A stretch of 63,285 bases of DNA, the filler included, from Welwitschia mirabilis (Eukaryota): NCBI GenBank assembly GCA_051453625.1. It is 8 parts of one record of this genome, joined end to end, with 100 filler letters (N's around TTAATTAATTAA, not from the genome) between each part and the next. Parts side by side here need not be neighbours in the genome. Positions count along the whole stretch, not along the records: positions 1 to 16,313 come from JBOZIK010000001.1; positions 16,414 to 25,432 come from JBOZIK010000001.1; positions 25,533 to 36,320 come from JBOZIK010000001.1; 5 more parts are not named here. One strand, given 5' to 3'. The first letter of the stretch is position 1; each line of letters begins with the position of its first letter. Of this stretch, positions 14,009-27,400 are shown in pieces. The notes beneath the pieces are model-generated. The model was not told the origin of the DNA, did not search any database, and saw only the letters and a program-made list of their open reading frames with translations. The position numbers and the translations under genes are program-made.

Positions 14009-16498
14009 TATTACGCCACCAATGTATGTGTATTTAATAGGGTATTATGAGTTGTTTTGTAGGTGAATTAATAGATAAATGCTTAATTCCTATGATAATC
14101 AAGAACCAAGATGAAGAGAATTAAAATATGTAGTTTTTCTTTCTTTTCTGTTTATAAATAAAAGTCTTTCCCTTGATCCCTAATCGTCTTCAATAATACT
14201 TGATATACTCATGACATGAGATCTTGGGACTGAAGAATCATTTTGTAATCCAGAGAGACATTACCTTGGTGTTGAGTAGTGTTTTCTCCATTAAAAAATG
14301 GCTACTTTATGATACAGATGTCTTTTATGCTTTTAATATGAATTATCTTCTTTTGTATTNNNNNNNNNNNNNNNNNNNNNNNNNNNNNNNNNNNNNNNNN
14401 NNNNNNNNNNNNNNNNNNNNNNNNNNNNNNNNNNNNNNNNNNNNNNNNNNNNNNNNNNNNNNNNNNNNNNNNNNNNNNNNNNNNNNNNNNNNNNNNNNNN
14501 NNNNNNNNNNNNNNNNNNNNNNNNNNNNNNNNNNNNNNNNNNNNNNNNNNNNNNNNNNNNNNNNNNNNNNNNNNNNNNNNNNNNNNNNNNNNNNNNNNNN
14601 NNNNNNNNNNNNNNNNNNNNNNNNNNNNNNNNNNNNNNNNNNNNNNNNNNNNNNNNNNNNNNNNNNNNNNNNNNNNNNNNNNNNNNNNNNNNNNNNNNNN
14701 NNNNNNNNNNNNNNNNNNNNNNNNNNNNNNNNNNNNNNNNNNNNNNNNNNNNNNNNNNNNNNNNNNNNNNNNNNNNNNNNNNNNNNNNNNNNNNNNNNNN
14801 NNNNNNNNNNNNNNNNNNNNNNNNNNNNNNNNNNNNNNNNNNNNNNNNNNNNNNNNNNNNNNNNNNNNNNNNNNNNNNNNNNNNNNNNNNNNNNNNNNNN
14901 NNNNNNNNNNNNNNNNNNNNNNNNNNNNNNNNNNNNNTTTGCAAGTATGTATCCCTCATAGTTTATGTTGTTTAAGATTTGTGACAGGTTTTTTTTATTA
15001 TATAGATTATGAGGATAGCCTTTGTTAAGGTTTAGATTGACTAGATTAGGTGCATCATTATTTCTTTTCATACATTAGTTTTGCATTGTTATTTCAATTT
15101 AATGCACTGTAATTTATTTTAGTAGATTAGGGTTACATACTTCTATCTCGAAATTAACTCTATTATTTCCATACTATTGGCCTTTGACAGAATTATAACA
15201 TTCAGATCACTCCTGACTATACTAGTATGTTATGTTTCTGCATCTTATTTGTAATTAATAGGATTTAGATCAAGGTGTGAAACATTACATAAATTCACAC
15301 TGCAATAAATTAATACCATTTTTGGGGAAAGCTACTTAAAGATCGAGATTTTTTGTTGCTTTAATGGATATTCTAGATGTTTGTTGTAGCAACATTGTAC
15401 TAGTACTCTATAAGTTTTTTGTTTTAGTTTTTATGTTTTACTAATCTCTAATGTCTTATTCGTCGTCTAGATGTTACATTCGAATGATTGTTCCTTTTTT
15501 GCTTTCCTTCTTTCCGTGGTTGTCTATGTTTTTTGTTTCTGTCATCTAGGTTATTGTTCAAACAACATTCAGGATGATGCTTCAGCTCTGAGACTGAATG
15601 ATTAGGATTGAAAAAGGTTAAAAATACTAGAGATAGAACTAGTTCATTGTAGAAAATATCAGAGAAGGTTTGCTAAATTTTGAAATTGAAAATCAAAACA
15701 GCCCAAGTACGCAAGATTTAGAATTTCTTGAAATATCTAATTTTAATTCTACAGAAGAGTCTGAATTTAATACCATGTTGACCTCTTATCAAAAATAACC
15801 TATTTCTTTAAATTCATGCCCTATTGTTGGAATCATTACTCCTACTCCTCTTGCTACTTTGAGAGATCTCATAGTAAATAAAAGACTTGAAATCCAAAAT
15901 CCCTTTGACTTACCTCCTGGTGATGATGCAAAACTGAAAAACCTAAATGCTTATCCTACCTTTTGAGGAAAACCTAATAAAGACCTCCTACAATACATTG
16001 CTAAAATTAAATAACTCATTCTTACTTCTGGAAATGGTAAAAAGTGTATAACTAATAGAACCTACATGGTCATTTTTCCCATCACATTCTAAGATAAGGC
16101 TAAACTTTGGCTTATAACAATTTTTCATAAGAGCCTAAAATCTTGGAGTCAACTTCAAAAAGCCTTTATAAAAAGATTTATGAACGAAACTATCATCTAA
16201 AAAAGTAAGAAAGAAGACACAAACTTCCAATAGTTACCTAATGAAGACTATGCCTCTGCCTATGAGTGATTCTTTGTGGCTTTACACTCAAGCACTATAG
16301 ATGCCTTTTTCAANNNNNNNNNNNNNNNNNNNNNNNNNNNNNNNNNNNNNNNNNNNNTTAATTAATTAANNNNNNNNNNNNNNNNNNNNNNNNNNNNNNN
16401 NNNNNNNNNNNNNTAGCATGCTATGTTTGTGCATCTTATTTGTAATTAATAGGATTTAGATCAAGGCATGAAACATTGCATAAATTTGCATCGCAATA
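14009..16498 (+). mobile_element. Athila-like Gypsy insertion (5' LTR 14009-15307, PBS about 15310-15328, gag start, 3' LTR end); middle lost at a contig linker
   Basis: Perfect 5-bp TSD GTGAC at 14004-14008 and 16499-16503. The LTR end sequence is repeated at about 15225-15307 and 16414-16498. Gag motif is IQNPFDLPPGDDAKLKNLNAYPTF. Confidence 0.88.
16314..16413. other. Artificial contig-join spacer (44 N + TTAATTAATTAA + 44 N); also at 25433, 36321, 45844, 50407, 53751 and 60681
   Basis: The same 100-bp construct occurs seven times, and the 12-mer gives stop codons in all six frames. Confidence 0.95.
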
Positions 16499-16579
16499 GT
16501 GACATTAATAACAAAGAAAAGAAAAAGGAAGTAAAAAGAAAAGACTAGAACCATAAAAAAAATTAAAGAAAATAATATA

Positions 16580-17600
16580 ATCAATTAAATTCTTCTTCCT
16601 CTTCCTCTTTAGATTCTTCTTTAGAATCTGGTTCATATTTTTCTTCTTCTTGTTTTGTCACCTTTTGAGTAGAGCTACTTGCTTTCTTAGAGGTGTCTAT
16701 AATCTTGTATTCTCTTATAATGAGTACCTCTTTCATATGCTTAGTATAAGAATCTACCCTCTAGAGGTATAAAAGAGTCTCTTCAAGGAAGATCTGCTTT
16801 AAGGAAGAAGACTTGAAAGATTTCTTAGATCCACAGAAGCTATGCATGTAGGATAAAGTAGCATGTCTAATAGAAGACATAGGAGTTAAGGTTTCAAGTT
16901 TGTAATGCATTTTAACTTTAAAATCATAACAGATATTAGCAATCAAGATGGAGTAAGGAAGATCCCTAGTTTTATGATATTTTAACTGAGAGACCATATT
17001 CTTAAGAATAATGGTAGGAGCATTAGTAAAGTAATGTATTCCTACCATGTATAACAGATAAGCATGATAGTTTAAGATCTCATCACAATTACCAATAGGA
17101 GGTAAAAAATTACAAGTAGAAACTAAATGAAAAAAATGATATTTCAGTGTAAGATGAAAGGTGGAGAGGGTGGTTTTCAACCAAATGAATTTTCCACATA
17201 GTTCCCTAACGATCTTTTCCTTATTCTTTCTAGAGTTATGCAAGATCTAAAATGCCTTATAATTTCCTCTAAGGAGATTTGTAAGGAAGGCTATTAGATC
17301 TATAATAACTCAAATTCTTCTCCTTAAAATAAGAGTAAAATGGATAAAGGAATCTACATCAAACAAAGCATTATACTAGAAAATACAGGTAAGAACAAGG
17401 TAGGCCAACTTAAAAACCTCAAAAAAGTAAGAAATATTTAGATTTAGAAGTCTTATCACATTTCTTAACTCTTTGAGTTTTTTTAATGTTACTAGCCTCT
17501 CTTATAGATAAGTTTCTTTCCAAACTTTTTTCTAAACTTATCTACAGCTTCATTTCCTAGTTCCTTTTAATAAGCTCTTTTTTGAAGGATCCTTTGCCAT
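16580..17600 (-). pseudogene. Sirevirus env-like extra ORF (plant-transposon-protein-like domain)
   Basis: ORF track 16761-17243 reads LKYHFFHLVSTCNFLPPIGNCDEI...YLLY...IILKNM...LPYSILIANI. It lies between RNase H and the PPT/3' LTR in the element's sense orientation and has an acidic tail near 16580-16650. Confidence 0.75.
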
Positions 17601-18029
17601 TTTCATACCACATGGTACTTCCTAAAAATAAAGAAAATAAAAAAAGATAGCTAGATCTAATAGAGATAAGTAGACAAGTGAGAATGAGAAAGGTAGTACT
17701 CCATAGCATTTTATAAAAGATGGTGATCAGGTTAAATCTAAGGAAAAAAAAATCAGTTCACCACCTTTTTCTCACACTATAATCCTATAGGTATAGTCAA
17801 ATGGATTACAATCTAATTGATTTTTTAAGATTCAAATCAAAATAATTTTAGGTCTAGTCAATTAGGACTTAAGTTTAGTTAACTTCACTAGTTTCAGATC
17901 TAATCTGAAAAAGACCAAATGACTTAATAAAAATTTGATTGACTTGACTTCTTTAGATCCAATCAACTGAATATAAGATCTAGTTGATTGTCTTACTTTT
18001 AGTTAGAGGAAAAAGAGATATCTCTTAAT

Positions 18030-19560
18030 TTATGATGAAGTCTCAAAAAGTTATTAAAGTTTAGGGGTTTTATGAAAACATCAACTAGTTATTTATCCGT
18101 GCTTACAAATTTTATAGAAATATTACCTTTTTCCACTTGATCTCTAAGGAAATGAAGTCTTACTCTAATATGTTTAATTCAAGAATGTTAAAGAAGGTTT
18201 TTGGAGATATTAATTATACTAGTATCATTACAAAATATTGAAACCTATTCAAAATTAACTTCAAATTCTTTAAGCATTTGCTTTATCCATAAAAGATGGG
18301 TACAACAACTTCCTACTGCTATGTATTCTATTTTTATTATTAAAAGGGAAACAGAGCTTTGCTTCTTATTTTTCCATATTATCAAGCATGATCCTAGAAG
18401 AAAATAATTTCTACTTGTGCTTTTTCAATTATCTTTACAACTAGTCTAGTTTACATCACTAAAGCCTATAAGATTAAAGAAAGCATCTATAGGATACCAT
18501 AGCCCATACTCACTTGTACCTTTTATATATCTTATGATTCTTTTAATAGCTTGAAGGTGCAATTCCTTTGATTAAGTTTGATATTTTGCATATACAGTAA
18601 CACTAAATATTATGTTAGATCTATTTGTAGTTAGATATAATAGACTTCCTATCATGTTGCTATAAAGTTTTTAGTTCTTAGATTTTCCATGATCATTAAG
18701 ACTAATCTTACATGAAGTTGCTATAGATGTATAATTGATTTTGCACTTTCTAGTCCAAATTTCTTGATCAAGTTCCTTGATTATTTAGATTGAGAGATGA
18801 AAATCTTATGTTTTGACTTATTTAATTTAAGGACTAAGAAACATGTGAACTTCACCTAGCATACTCATTTTAAATTATGTGATCATAATGCTAGTGAATT
18901 CTTTTAAAAGATCTTCTTTTGAGGCTTCAAAAATTATGTCATGAACATGGATTTAAATGATGATAAAGTCCTTTTTAAGATGTTTAATAAATAGAGTTTC
19001 ATCCATAACTCCACAGTTGTAGTCCCCCTTTTTTTAAAAAACATATTACTAGGTTTTCATACCAAGCCCTTGGAGCTTGTTTTAAATCATACAAAACCTT
19101 TTTAAGTCTACATACATAGTTTGATTTATATAAATCTATAAAACGTTGTGGTTGTTTTATATAAACTTCTTTATTAAGAGTTCCATTTAAAAAGGCCCTT
19201 TTCACATCCATCTGAAAAACTTTGATGTTTTTAAATGCTTCATGGAAGAGAAACATTCTAATAATATCTAGTCTAACCACCAGAGCAATGTATCTCCTAC
19301 ACCTATTCCTTCAATCTAGTTGTATCCTTGGGTTACTAATCTTGCCTTTTTCTTAATCACATTATTGTGTTTATCACACTTATTCTTAAAGATCCATTTT
19401 GTTCCAATTAGATTTTGATTTTTTGGTCTNNNNNNNNNNNNNNNNNNNTTATTTCTTTTGAATTTTTGAAGTTCTTCTGCATAGCCATCATCTATTATTT
19501 AAGAGATTCAACCTCTTCAAACTTTTTGGGTTCAATTTAAGAAATATAACAAATATGGGC
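18030..19560 (-). pseudogene. Copia reverse transcriptase and RNase H
   Basis: KVFQMDVKRAFLNG, LKKVLYDLKQAPRAWYE (ORF 18999-19280), IGTKWIFKNK, ARLVTQGY and RNase H FCNDTSIINISKN..KHI. Confidence 0.93.
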
Positions 19561-22500
19561 ATAGAAATTTTTGAGAGAATTTCTAGTCTAAATTTTTGAG
19601 CTTACATCTCCAATAATAGACTCAAGTAGATGATATTTTAGCTTTTTAAACTTTTTAGAAGTAACCTCTTGAGATGGATCTTCTTTATTTTTAATTATTA
19701 CTTCTTTTATTGTGGAGATACTTATTGTTAGATTTTATTCACTACTTGAAGGAAAAGGTATGATACTAAAATTGTCTATTTAAATGTTTATAAATTCATC
19801 TACTATTATATTTCATTTGTTAAGTATACTTGTTGTAGTGTAAATTTATGTGATTCTTACATCATTTAGTCAAACCTGTAAATCAATTTATTTATAGAAA
19901 AACACACATTACTAAAGACGAAAGCTAACCTAAATGTTGTAATCCCAATCAAGGCACTAGGCTTAGAGAATTAATTTTCAAAAATATTTTTGGTATTTTA
20001 TCTTTAAGTAAATAAAAATGAAATGAAATCTAATTGGATCTTAATTCTCTTATCACAAGAACTAGCTCTCCATAATTCAAATCAATTAAGATGAGTTCTT
20101 CACTTATTCCTAACCAATGTAAACTATGAGATATGCCAAATAGAATATAGAATATAATATGGAATTGAAGTAAAATAGAAATGCAAATCTAAAATAATAA
20201 CATCAACCTTAATAAAGGTTATCCTTATGACTTAAATAAATTATAAAATTATTACTTAGACTATAACCAACTTAAATCGTAAGTGACATAAACAAAATTA
20301 AGATTATTTGAATTGATTATAGAACTTTTACATCCATTTACAACAAAGTAGCAGCTACTCAATGAAGAATACTTAGCCCAACACTAAGAGTAACTTCTCT
20401 CTGTAGCTACTATATGAACCTCTTATCCTTCAATCTTCTATCATAAGAGCATCAATTATAAAAGATGAAATTAGAAGTGAAGAAAAGGGAGGGTATTTAT
20501 AGTTTTACATTAAAGATCTAGAAGCTTAATCCTAGGAGTTAGAAAAGAAACCTTAGCAATCCAAATGGGTCACATGACCCCATTACAAAGATAATACTTT
20601 CCATCATAGAAAATATCTATCATTCTGACTATCATGGAGATGACAGAGGGGACGTCACTATATGTCAAAAGGTTCTTCATGACTCTTAGGAATGATAGAA
20701 AGGATAACAGTGTTCCTCATCTTTAATCTCAAAGATAAATCAGTCTTCTACATAGTACATTCTTATTCTAAAGTATAAAGTGTTAGAATAAGGTTGAGAA
20801 GCCTTCAAATATGCTAAGAATCACATGTTTCCATGGTCATCTTATCTATTCTCTATAAACATCAATATTGCATTTAAACTTGTATAAAAGTCCTACAAAA
20901 GCACTCAAAATACACCATCAAATTCCTACAAAGTAGCATCGTAACAAAGCTTCTACTTAGCCTTATCAGTTCTTGACAAAGTAAGTAATCCACTATATTA
21001 TGAGCCAATTTGACTAAAATAAATAACAATTAGAAAAATGTAATTTAAGTTCAATTTAATTGTCAAGAATAGATACCAAAAACTAATTAACTAATACATA
21101 TAATAATATATTAATAATCCCCTACTTAAACACATTACCATAGAACGAATAAGTGTCAGACACATACAAACAATCATAGAATGTAATAATGATAACTCTG
21201 AAAATGATAATATGTATGTATAATGTGAGATAGAGATATTGAACTGATGTGATAAATTTTAATTAGTGCTAATCTCAAAAGAATAATACATCTTAGTGTA
21301 ATCAACAAAGGTAAAATAAAAGAGTAAATATAGCATTGTTTCTCCATTATATGGTTTGAAACATAGATACAAGAAAGCTCTGTGATTATGCTACTTATGC
21401 TCCTAAAAGATAAATTCCATGAATTTCATTCAAATAACAAGAAATTACATCCAAACAACTCATCATAGATATGTATTATGAAAGTTCAAAATATGATCCT
21501 TTTAATCTTAAATTTTTTACTCAAAATCATAGAAGAAGGCTCAGAAACATGTCCTGCCTTCCCTCTCTCACCTACCCACCATAGGTAAAAGAAGCTATCC
21601 CAAATTGCATAGAATGAAAAGAAAGAGTATCATCTTGGATGTTATGAGGATGACAGACATGGAATAACAAACATTAGATAAGTTGTTTAGAAGTAAAGTA
21701 AAATCAAAGAACATGAAAAGCAATAGAAAGAAGGTAGAAAGTGAAAAATTTATCTTTAAAAAACATGACTATAATGAAAAGATAGCTAAGAAAAAGAAGA
21801 AAATGCACTAAGTAGAAAGAAGCAATGCTCAAAGACTCCTCAAACATGCTCAAACTCAAGGTAAAAGAAGAACTAAAACTAATTAGAGCATGGTATCCTA
21901 TTAAAAAAAGAGAACGACAATTCTCTATAGAAATTATGGGAAAAAATTAATAAAAAACTACAAAATTATTAGATCCATAATATTATGCTAAAAAAGTATG
22001 GAAAATAACTTTGAAAAATCCAATGAACAGCCAAAGAAAAATAAAATAAAAATGGATAACTAGGAATATAAAGAAGATTGCTTATTTACCTAAATTCTGA
22101 CCCAACAAATTTCCTTGGCAACAATCATAAATTCACATGATAAAAAATGCATGATAGTATGTAATAGCTCATAAAGTACCACTCAAATAGGTAATGATTA
22201 TGATGATGTCAACTATGTCTAATGTTATTAAATAATGAATGATAAGATAAAAAGTTATTAAAATAGGAACTTACAAGCTAGCACTTCAAAAGAATACTAG
22301 AATCTTAAAAAAGTAGAATGATCATGTGAAATTACTATAAATAAATAAATAAACTAAGTTTAGAAAATAATAGATACCTATGATAACACCAGGGACATCA
22401 CTGATCTCGTAGCCTTGAAGTATAATTTTATTCTGCCATTATGAGGGAAGTAAAACCACTATTAGAGGAGTAAGGACTTGCATAGCATGATTAACTAACC

Positions 22501-22969
22501 CCTAGTGGAGTTTCCACAGCTACCATATCACACTGTCAAAGGCCCCTATTAGGAATATTTACCTTTGTGCATTTGTGATAGGATATCATGGGGTCCATGT
22601 TTTTAGTTTAGATCTGAAAAAGCATGGTTTTTACATCTTTTCTTTCTTTTTTTTCCTTATGACATTCCACAGGACCAAGTACTCATATGGATAAAAGTAA
22701 AATAAAGAGATAAATAATAAGAAGAACATGCAAAAAATAACTAATTACTCACACCATTGAAAGACAATAAAAGAACCGAGGCATCTTCCTTCATAATGAA
22801 GTTCATAGACATATGAATGTCTTAAGATTGGATGAAGCCAATCTTAGCATTTAAAATGACCAAGTAAAATATTACTAATCATGGAAACTTCATAAAGAAA
22901 ATACATGCGTCAACTTAAAAATATTCAAATGATAACATGATGTCTACCTACGAAATGAGTTAAGAAGGA

Positions 22970-25336
22970 ATTTAGACAATAATAAGAGGAAGGTCCTCCT
23001 CATTGAGAGGATCTTGTAAGATAAGCACTTTTATCATGTTCAATATTTTATTAGAAGATGACTCATAAATTTTTAACCTTCATTCCTTAACTTTTTGGAT
23101 TTCTCTAGTGTTTGGATTAGAGATTTAAACTAATCCATTTTAATGCACTTTTTTCTATAAGATAAGAAACTAATCATTTAGAAATTAACTTGTTATGTAA
23201 TAGGTGTACTCGTGTGTTGTATATAAGAATAAATTGAGTAGGTTCAAATTATTTATGGATAATCTTTTTGTCATATTTAATCTTGGCTTGGGCTTTATGA
23301 ATGAGTTAATGATATAAGACATGAGTATAATTTTTTTTTTTATCTAAATGGTCAAGTTTTGCTAATAAGTTCTATGATTTTTATCCAAGTTTATAAGGTT
23401 AAGTTAATGGGTGGATTGATGGGAGTTATAGCAAACATTAACTAGCAAGATACAAACTTTTCTATATATAATTTCATATGGTGAGAAACCTATGGAGTTA
23501 TGCCAAGTAGTACAGTAAGCCTAAAGAACATCATTAAGTTTAAAGGACCAAGTTTTCTTATTGATAGAGACTAATTATTAGAGCATCTTTTTAGTTTCTC
23601 TATTTTCACTTTTAACGTTTCCATTAGTTTGAGAATGGTAAGCATATGCAATTTAATTTTTAATGCTAATGGATAAAAGAAGTTTTTAAAAAAGTTTGTT
23701 AATAAAATAAGTTCCTTAATCACTAATAATAATTCATAAAAAACCAAAATATTAAAAGATATGAGTTCAAACAAAATTGCAAAAGATTCAGGCATATTTT
23801 TGATAATAGAAACATCTTCTACCTACTTAATAACATAATCAATAGCTAGTGGGATATAATATTTATCATGAGAAGGTGGTTTAACTAGGCTTACAAAGTC
23901 AATGTTCCAACAATCAAAGGGTTCACATTTAAGTATAGGTTTAAGGTACATATCTTCAGAATGAGTTAGGCTACCATAACATTGACACACATCATATCTT
24001 TTAGCAAAGTAAAATGAATTCTTAAAAAGGATAAACTAATAAAAACTAGAGTGCAAAATTTTCATGATGCTCTTTTGACTACTAAAGTATCCTCCACATA
24101 CCCTACCATAATAAAGTTTTAATATTTTTAGGCTTCTCCACTCAGGCACATACTTATGCATGATTTGATCTTTGCATCTTCTATAAAGATGGGGTTCACT
24201 CTATTCATAGTCATTGATCCTATGGAGAAAAGATTTGCATTGGTTATGATCTAATGCTAAGGTGTTTTCATAGTAATAAGGTAGTTTACAATATTAGCAT
24301 ACCAAGAAGTGGAATGAGTAGAAGATATGGCATAAAATTGTTTAATGGTAAAGAGTTGTTCATGGAGAAAAAATTCATTTATGGGAGGTTCTTTATGAGA
24401 ATAAAAAAGTCAAGATAGATGATTAGCAAAACTACTATGTTTTTTAACATTATCAATGATGGTGGTATTGAATTCTTGCATAAGAAGTATTCATCTAATA
24501 AGTTTGACACTAGAATATTTCTTAGTCATAAGAGAGCATATAGCTATATGATCTATGTAACCATTGATGTGAAAGCTAAGAAGATAATATCAAAGATGAT
24601 CAAGATAAAAGATGATTGCAAGCATTTCTTTCTTAGTAGTGATGTAGTTGGATTAGGCTTAGGATAAATTTTTACTAAGATACAATATGACTTAAAATCA
24701 TATTTATATTTTTAGCCAAGAACCCCATCCACAACAATGTTACTTACATCATACATTAGTTAAAAACACTTATTCCAATCGAGACCTATGATAATAGGTT
24801 TGGAAGAAATGTTTTATTTAAGAGTTTTGAATGCAAGTTTATATGAATTATTATAATCAAATTTAGCATCTTTTTGAAGTAAGAAGTAAAGTGGTTTACA
24901 AATTTTGGCATAATAAAATGAAAATAGAAACTTTCATAACCAAGGAATGCTCTAACTTATTTGACATTAGTTGGAGGGTTAAGGTTTTTAATAATATCAA
25001 CTTTGGTAGGATCCGTCTTAATCCCTTCCTTCAAAATATAATATCCTAAAATAATTCTATAATTGACAAAGAGAAAACTCTTTTTTCCAACTCAAATATA
25101 AGACACTCTTTATACATCAATCTAAATCTTTATTTAATCTTTTTATGATTTGTTTAAAAGTTTTACTAAAGATGGAGAGGTCATCCATAAAAGTTTTAAT
25201 TAAAGCATTGATTACATTAGAAAATATCCTCATCATACATCATTGAAAGTTCTAGGAGCATTTCATAGTTCAAAGGGCATTCTTCTAAAACCAAAGATTC
25301 CAAAGGATAAGGTAAAGGTTGTTTTGGCTTGTTCTT
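22970..25336 (-). pseudogene. Element B RT (C-terminal part), RNase H and integrase
   Basis: Reverse-strand motifs QAKTTFTLSFGIFGFRRMPF, TFMDDLSI, WNIDFVSL and CDVCQCYG; homologous to 47400-49950. Confidence 0.88.
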
Positions 25337-25432
25337 TATTGCGACGCCAACTTATGTGTATTTGATAGGGTATTTTGAGTTGTTTTGCAAATAAACTAAC
25401 AGATAAATGCTCAGTTTCTATGACAATTGAGA
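25337..25432 (+). mobile_element. Start of an Athila-like LTR inserted in the RT of element B (cut by a contig linker)
   Basis: TATTGCGACGCCAACTTATGTGTATTTGATAGGGTATTTTGAG is near-identical to the LTR starts at 53665 and 54215. Confidence 0.8.
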
Positions 25433-25608
25433 NNNNNNNNNNNNNNNNNNNNNNNNNNNNNNNNNNNNNNNNNNNNTTAATTAATTAANNNNNNNNNNNN
25501 NNNNNNNNNNNNNNNNNNNNNNNNNNNNNNNNTTAGCTTTTCAGATGTTGCAAGTTAAATTCGATCTTTAGAATATTGGAATTAGAAGCACAAATATGCA
25601 TCACAACA

Positions 25609-27400
25609 TATATTAAGTAAGAAAAACTTGTTAGGAATGGTATGTTTTTATTTTCTTCTTACTAGATCCTTCCACTACTTAAAATAGCTAGGGTTTTCTT
25701 ATAAGTGCTTCTAAAAAGACAAGTTAATGTTTACTTCTTGAATTAAGATTTTCAAATGTTCATCAAAGGTATAATTTGTATTTAACCAATCAAACTAAGG
25801 AGTACATGATTTTTTCCCTTTATTAGTGGATTTTTTAAGCATGTGATGTTGATGGAAAGTTGTATAAGTCCAAAATTTCTATATCATCTTCTGCATTTAC
25901 TTCATCATTTTTGAAAGTTAAAACCTCATGGGTAGGAGGTGTTATATCATTCTTGATACTACTTTTAAATCTTTCTTAACTTTATTTGGGTTGGGCAAAG
26001 CTTAAAATGTAAGAAACCCATGAGGTCTTTGATTAGAAAGCATTATTTGTTGGAGCATATTTACTAAGTTTTGAATGTTACTATTAGTCTTTTCTTGAAT
26101 CTTTCTCATTTATTCTATAGATTCTCTGAGTGGATAATTCTGATTTTATTAAAAATTAGGTTGAAAGTTGAAATTTCTGAATCTATTTTTAAATAGTTTT
26201 CATTATGCTTGTCCATCTAACCTTTGTTGAAATTGTGGTTGGCTTTTAAAGTTAGGTTTCCTTTGGTTGAAAGCACAAACCTTCTCAAATGTTCTCTCTT
26301 TACAAGTTGGTAACAAAGAGCACTCTTTAGTTATATGAGAGTTATCTTCACAAATTTCAAAAGTTCAAATTAATTTTTCATCCTTTACTACTTTTACATA
26401 AACTATCATTTGTGTATACTTCTCTAAAGTAGTAGTAAAATCTTTAATCAAGTTAGTTGAGTCACCTCTTTCTTCTAAATCTTTTATGATTTATCCTATA
26501 GTTTGATTTTCTTTAGTGGGTTTAGGCCAATTTTGACTTATTTGTACTTAGTTTTTCAACACACTCCATGCATCTTTTGAAACTAACCTTAACAATTCGC
26601 ATCCACAAGAATAGTCTATAAGTTATTTAATTTGATAATTAAATCCACTATAGAAATAATCCACTAACTCTTCCTTACAAAATTCATTAATTATTTGGAA
26701 TGGCTAGCATGAGGTTGTTATTAAGATTTGGTCACTTCTTTTCTTCTTTTTCTCATGGAACTTTCACTCAAAAATTATTTGATAAATATTTCTTACACTT
26801 ACCTCTAAGATTTAAGACTCTTATGTGGGATGGTTTTAAGCCAAATTTTTGCCCTTCCTTTAAGTGTGACTAGAAAAATAATCATATAGATATAATTACT
26901 AATATGTTTCTTCCCATTTTCTAAGGTAAGCATAAGTTACTCAATGTCATTTAAACATTGAAAAGAGTCCTCCTTAGATTCCCTAGAAAAAGTTAGATAT
27001 GCACTCAAAATTCTTAACTCTACATCATCACCAAGAGATAGATCAAAGGGATTTTGAATTTCACCTTTTTTATTAGCAACTAAATCTCTAAGAGTGATGT
27101 TTGAATTCACAGTAGAAGTTTCTATTATAATTAGAGTGCTAGACAAAGTGACTTATGTTTGTTTTTATGAAAATTTTAACAAATTTGACATATTTGAAGA
27201 ATAAATCACATGATCTAATTCTATAATATAATTTTCTTTTACAAAATTAGATTCTAAAATAATAAAAGTAGAAAAATCGTTTTCTTTAATTCTTGAAAAT
27301 TGTGTACTTGGAGTGTTTACCTAGATTTTTTTTGTAATTCAATAATCCTTCTCTGATGTTTTTTTTAATTAGGTTTTACTTTCTTTGATATTTTGTCTTT
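25609..27400 (-). pseudogene. Element B gag
   Basis: ORF 26937-27146 reads ITLRDLVANKKGEIQNPFDLSLGDDVELRILSAY; downstream are KGRAKIWL and NQRPHGF. Confidence 0.8.

Noticed and set aside
16358..16369. TTAATTAATTAA recurring seven times as a biological repeat or CRISPR-like unit
   Set aside because: It is always centred in 44+44 Ns and is an assembly linker with six-frame stops.
25337..25608. A single element spanning the linker (LTR start 25337, LTR end 25608)
   Set aside because: The flanks TTCTT and TATAT do not match, and the host jumps from RT to gag, so these are probably two different insertions.
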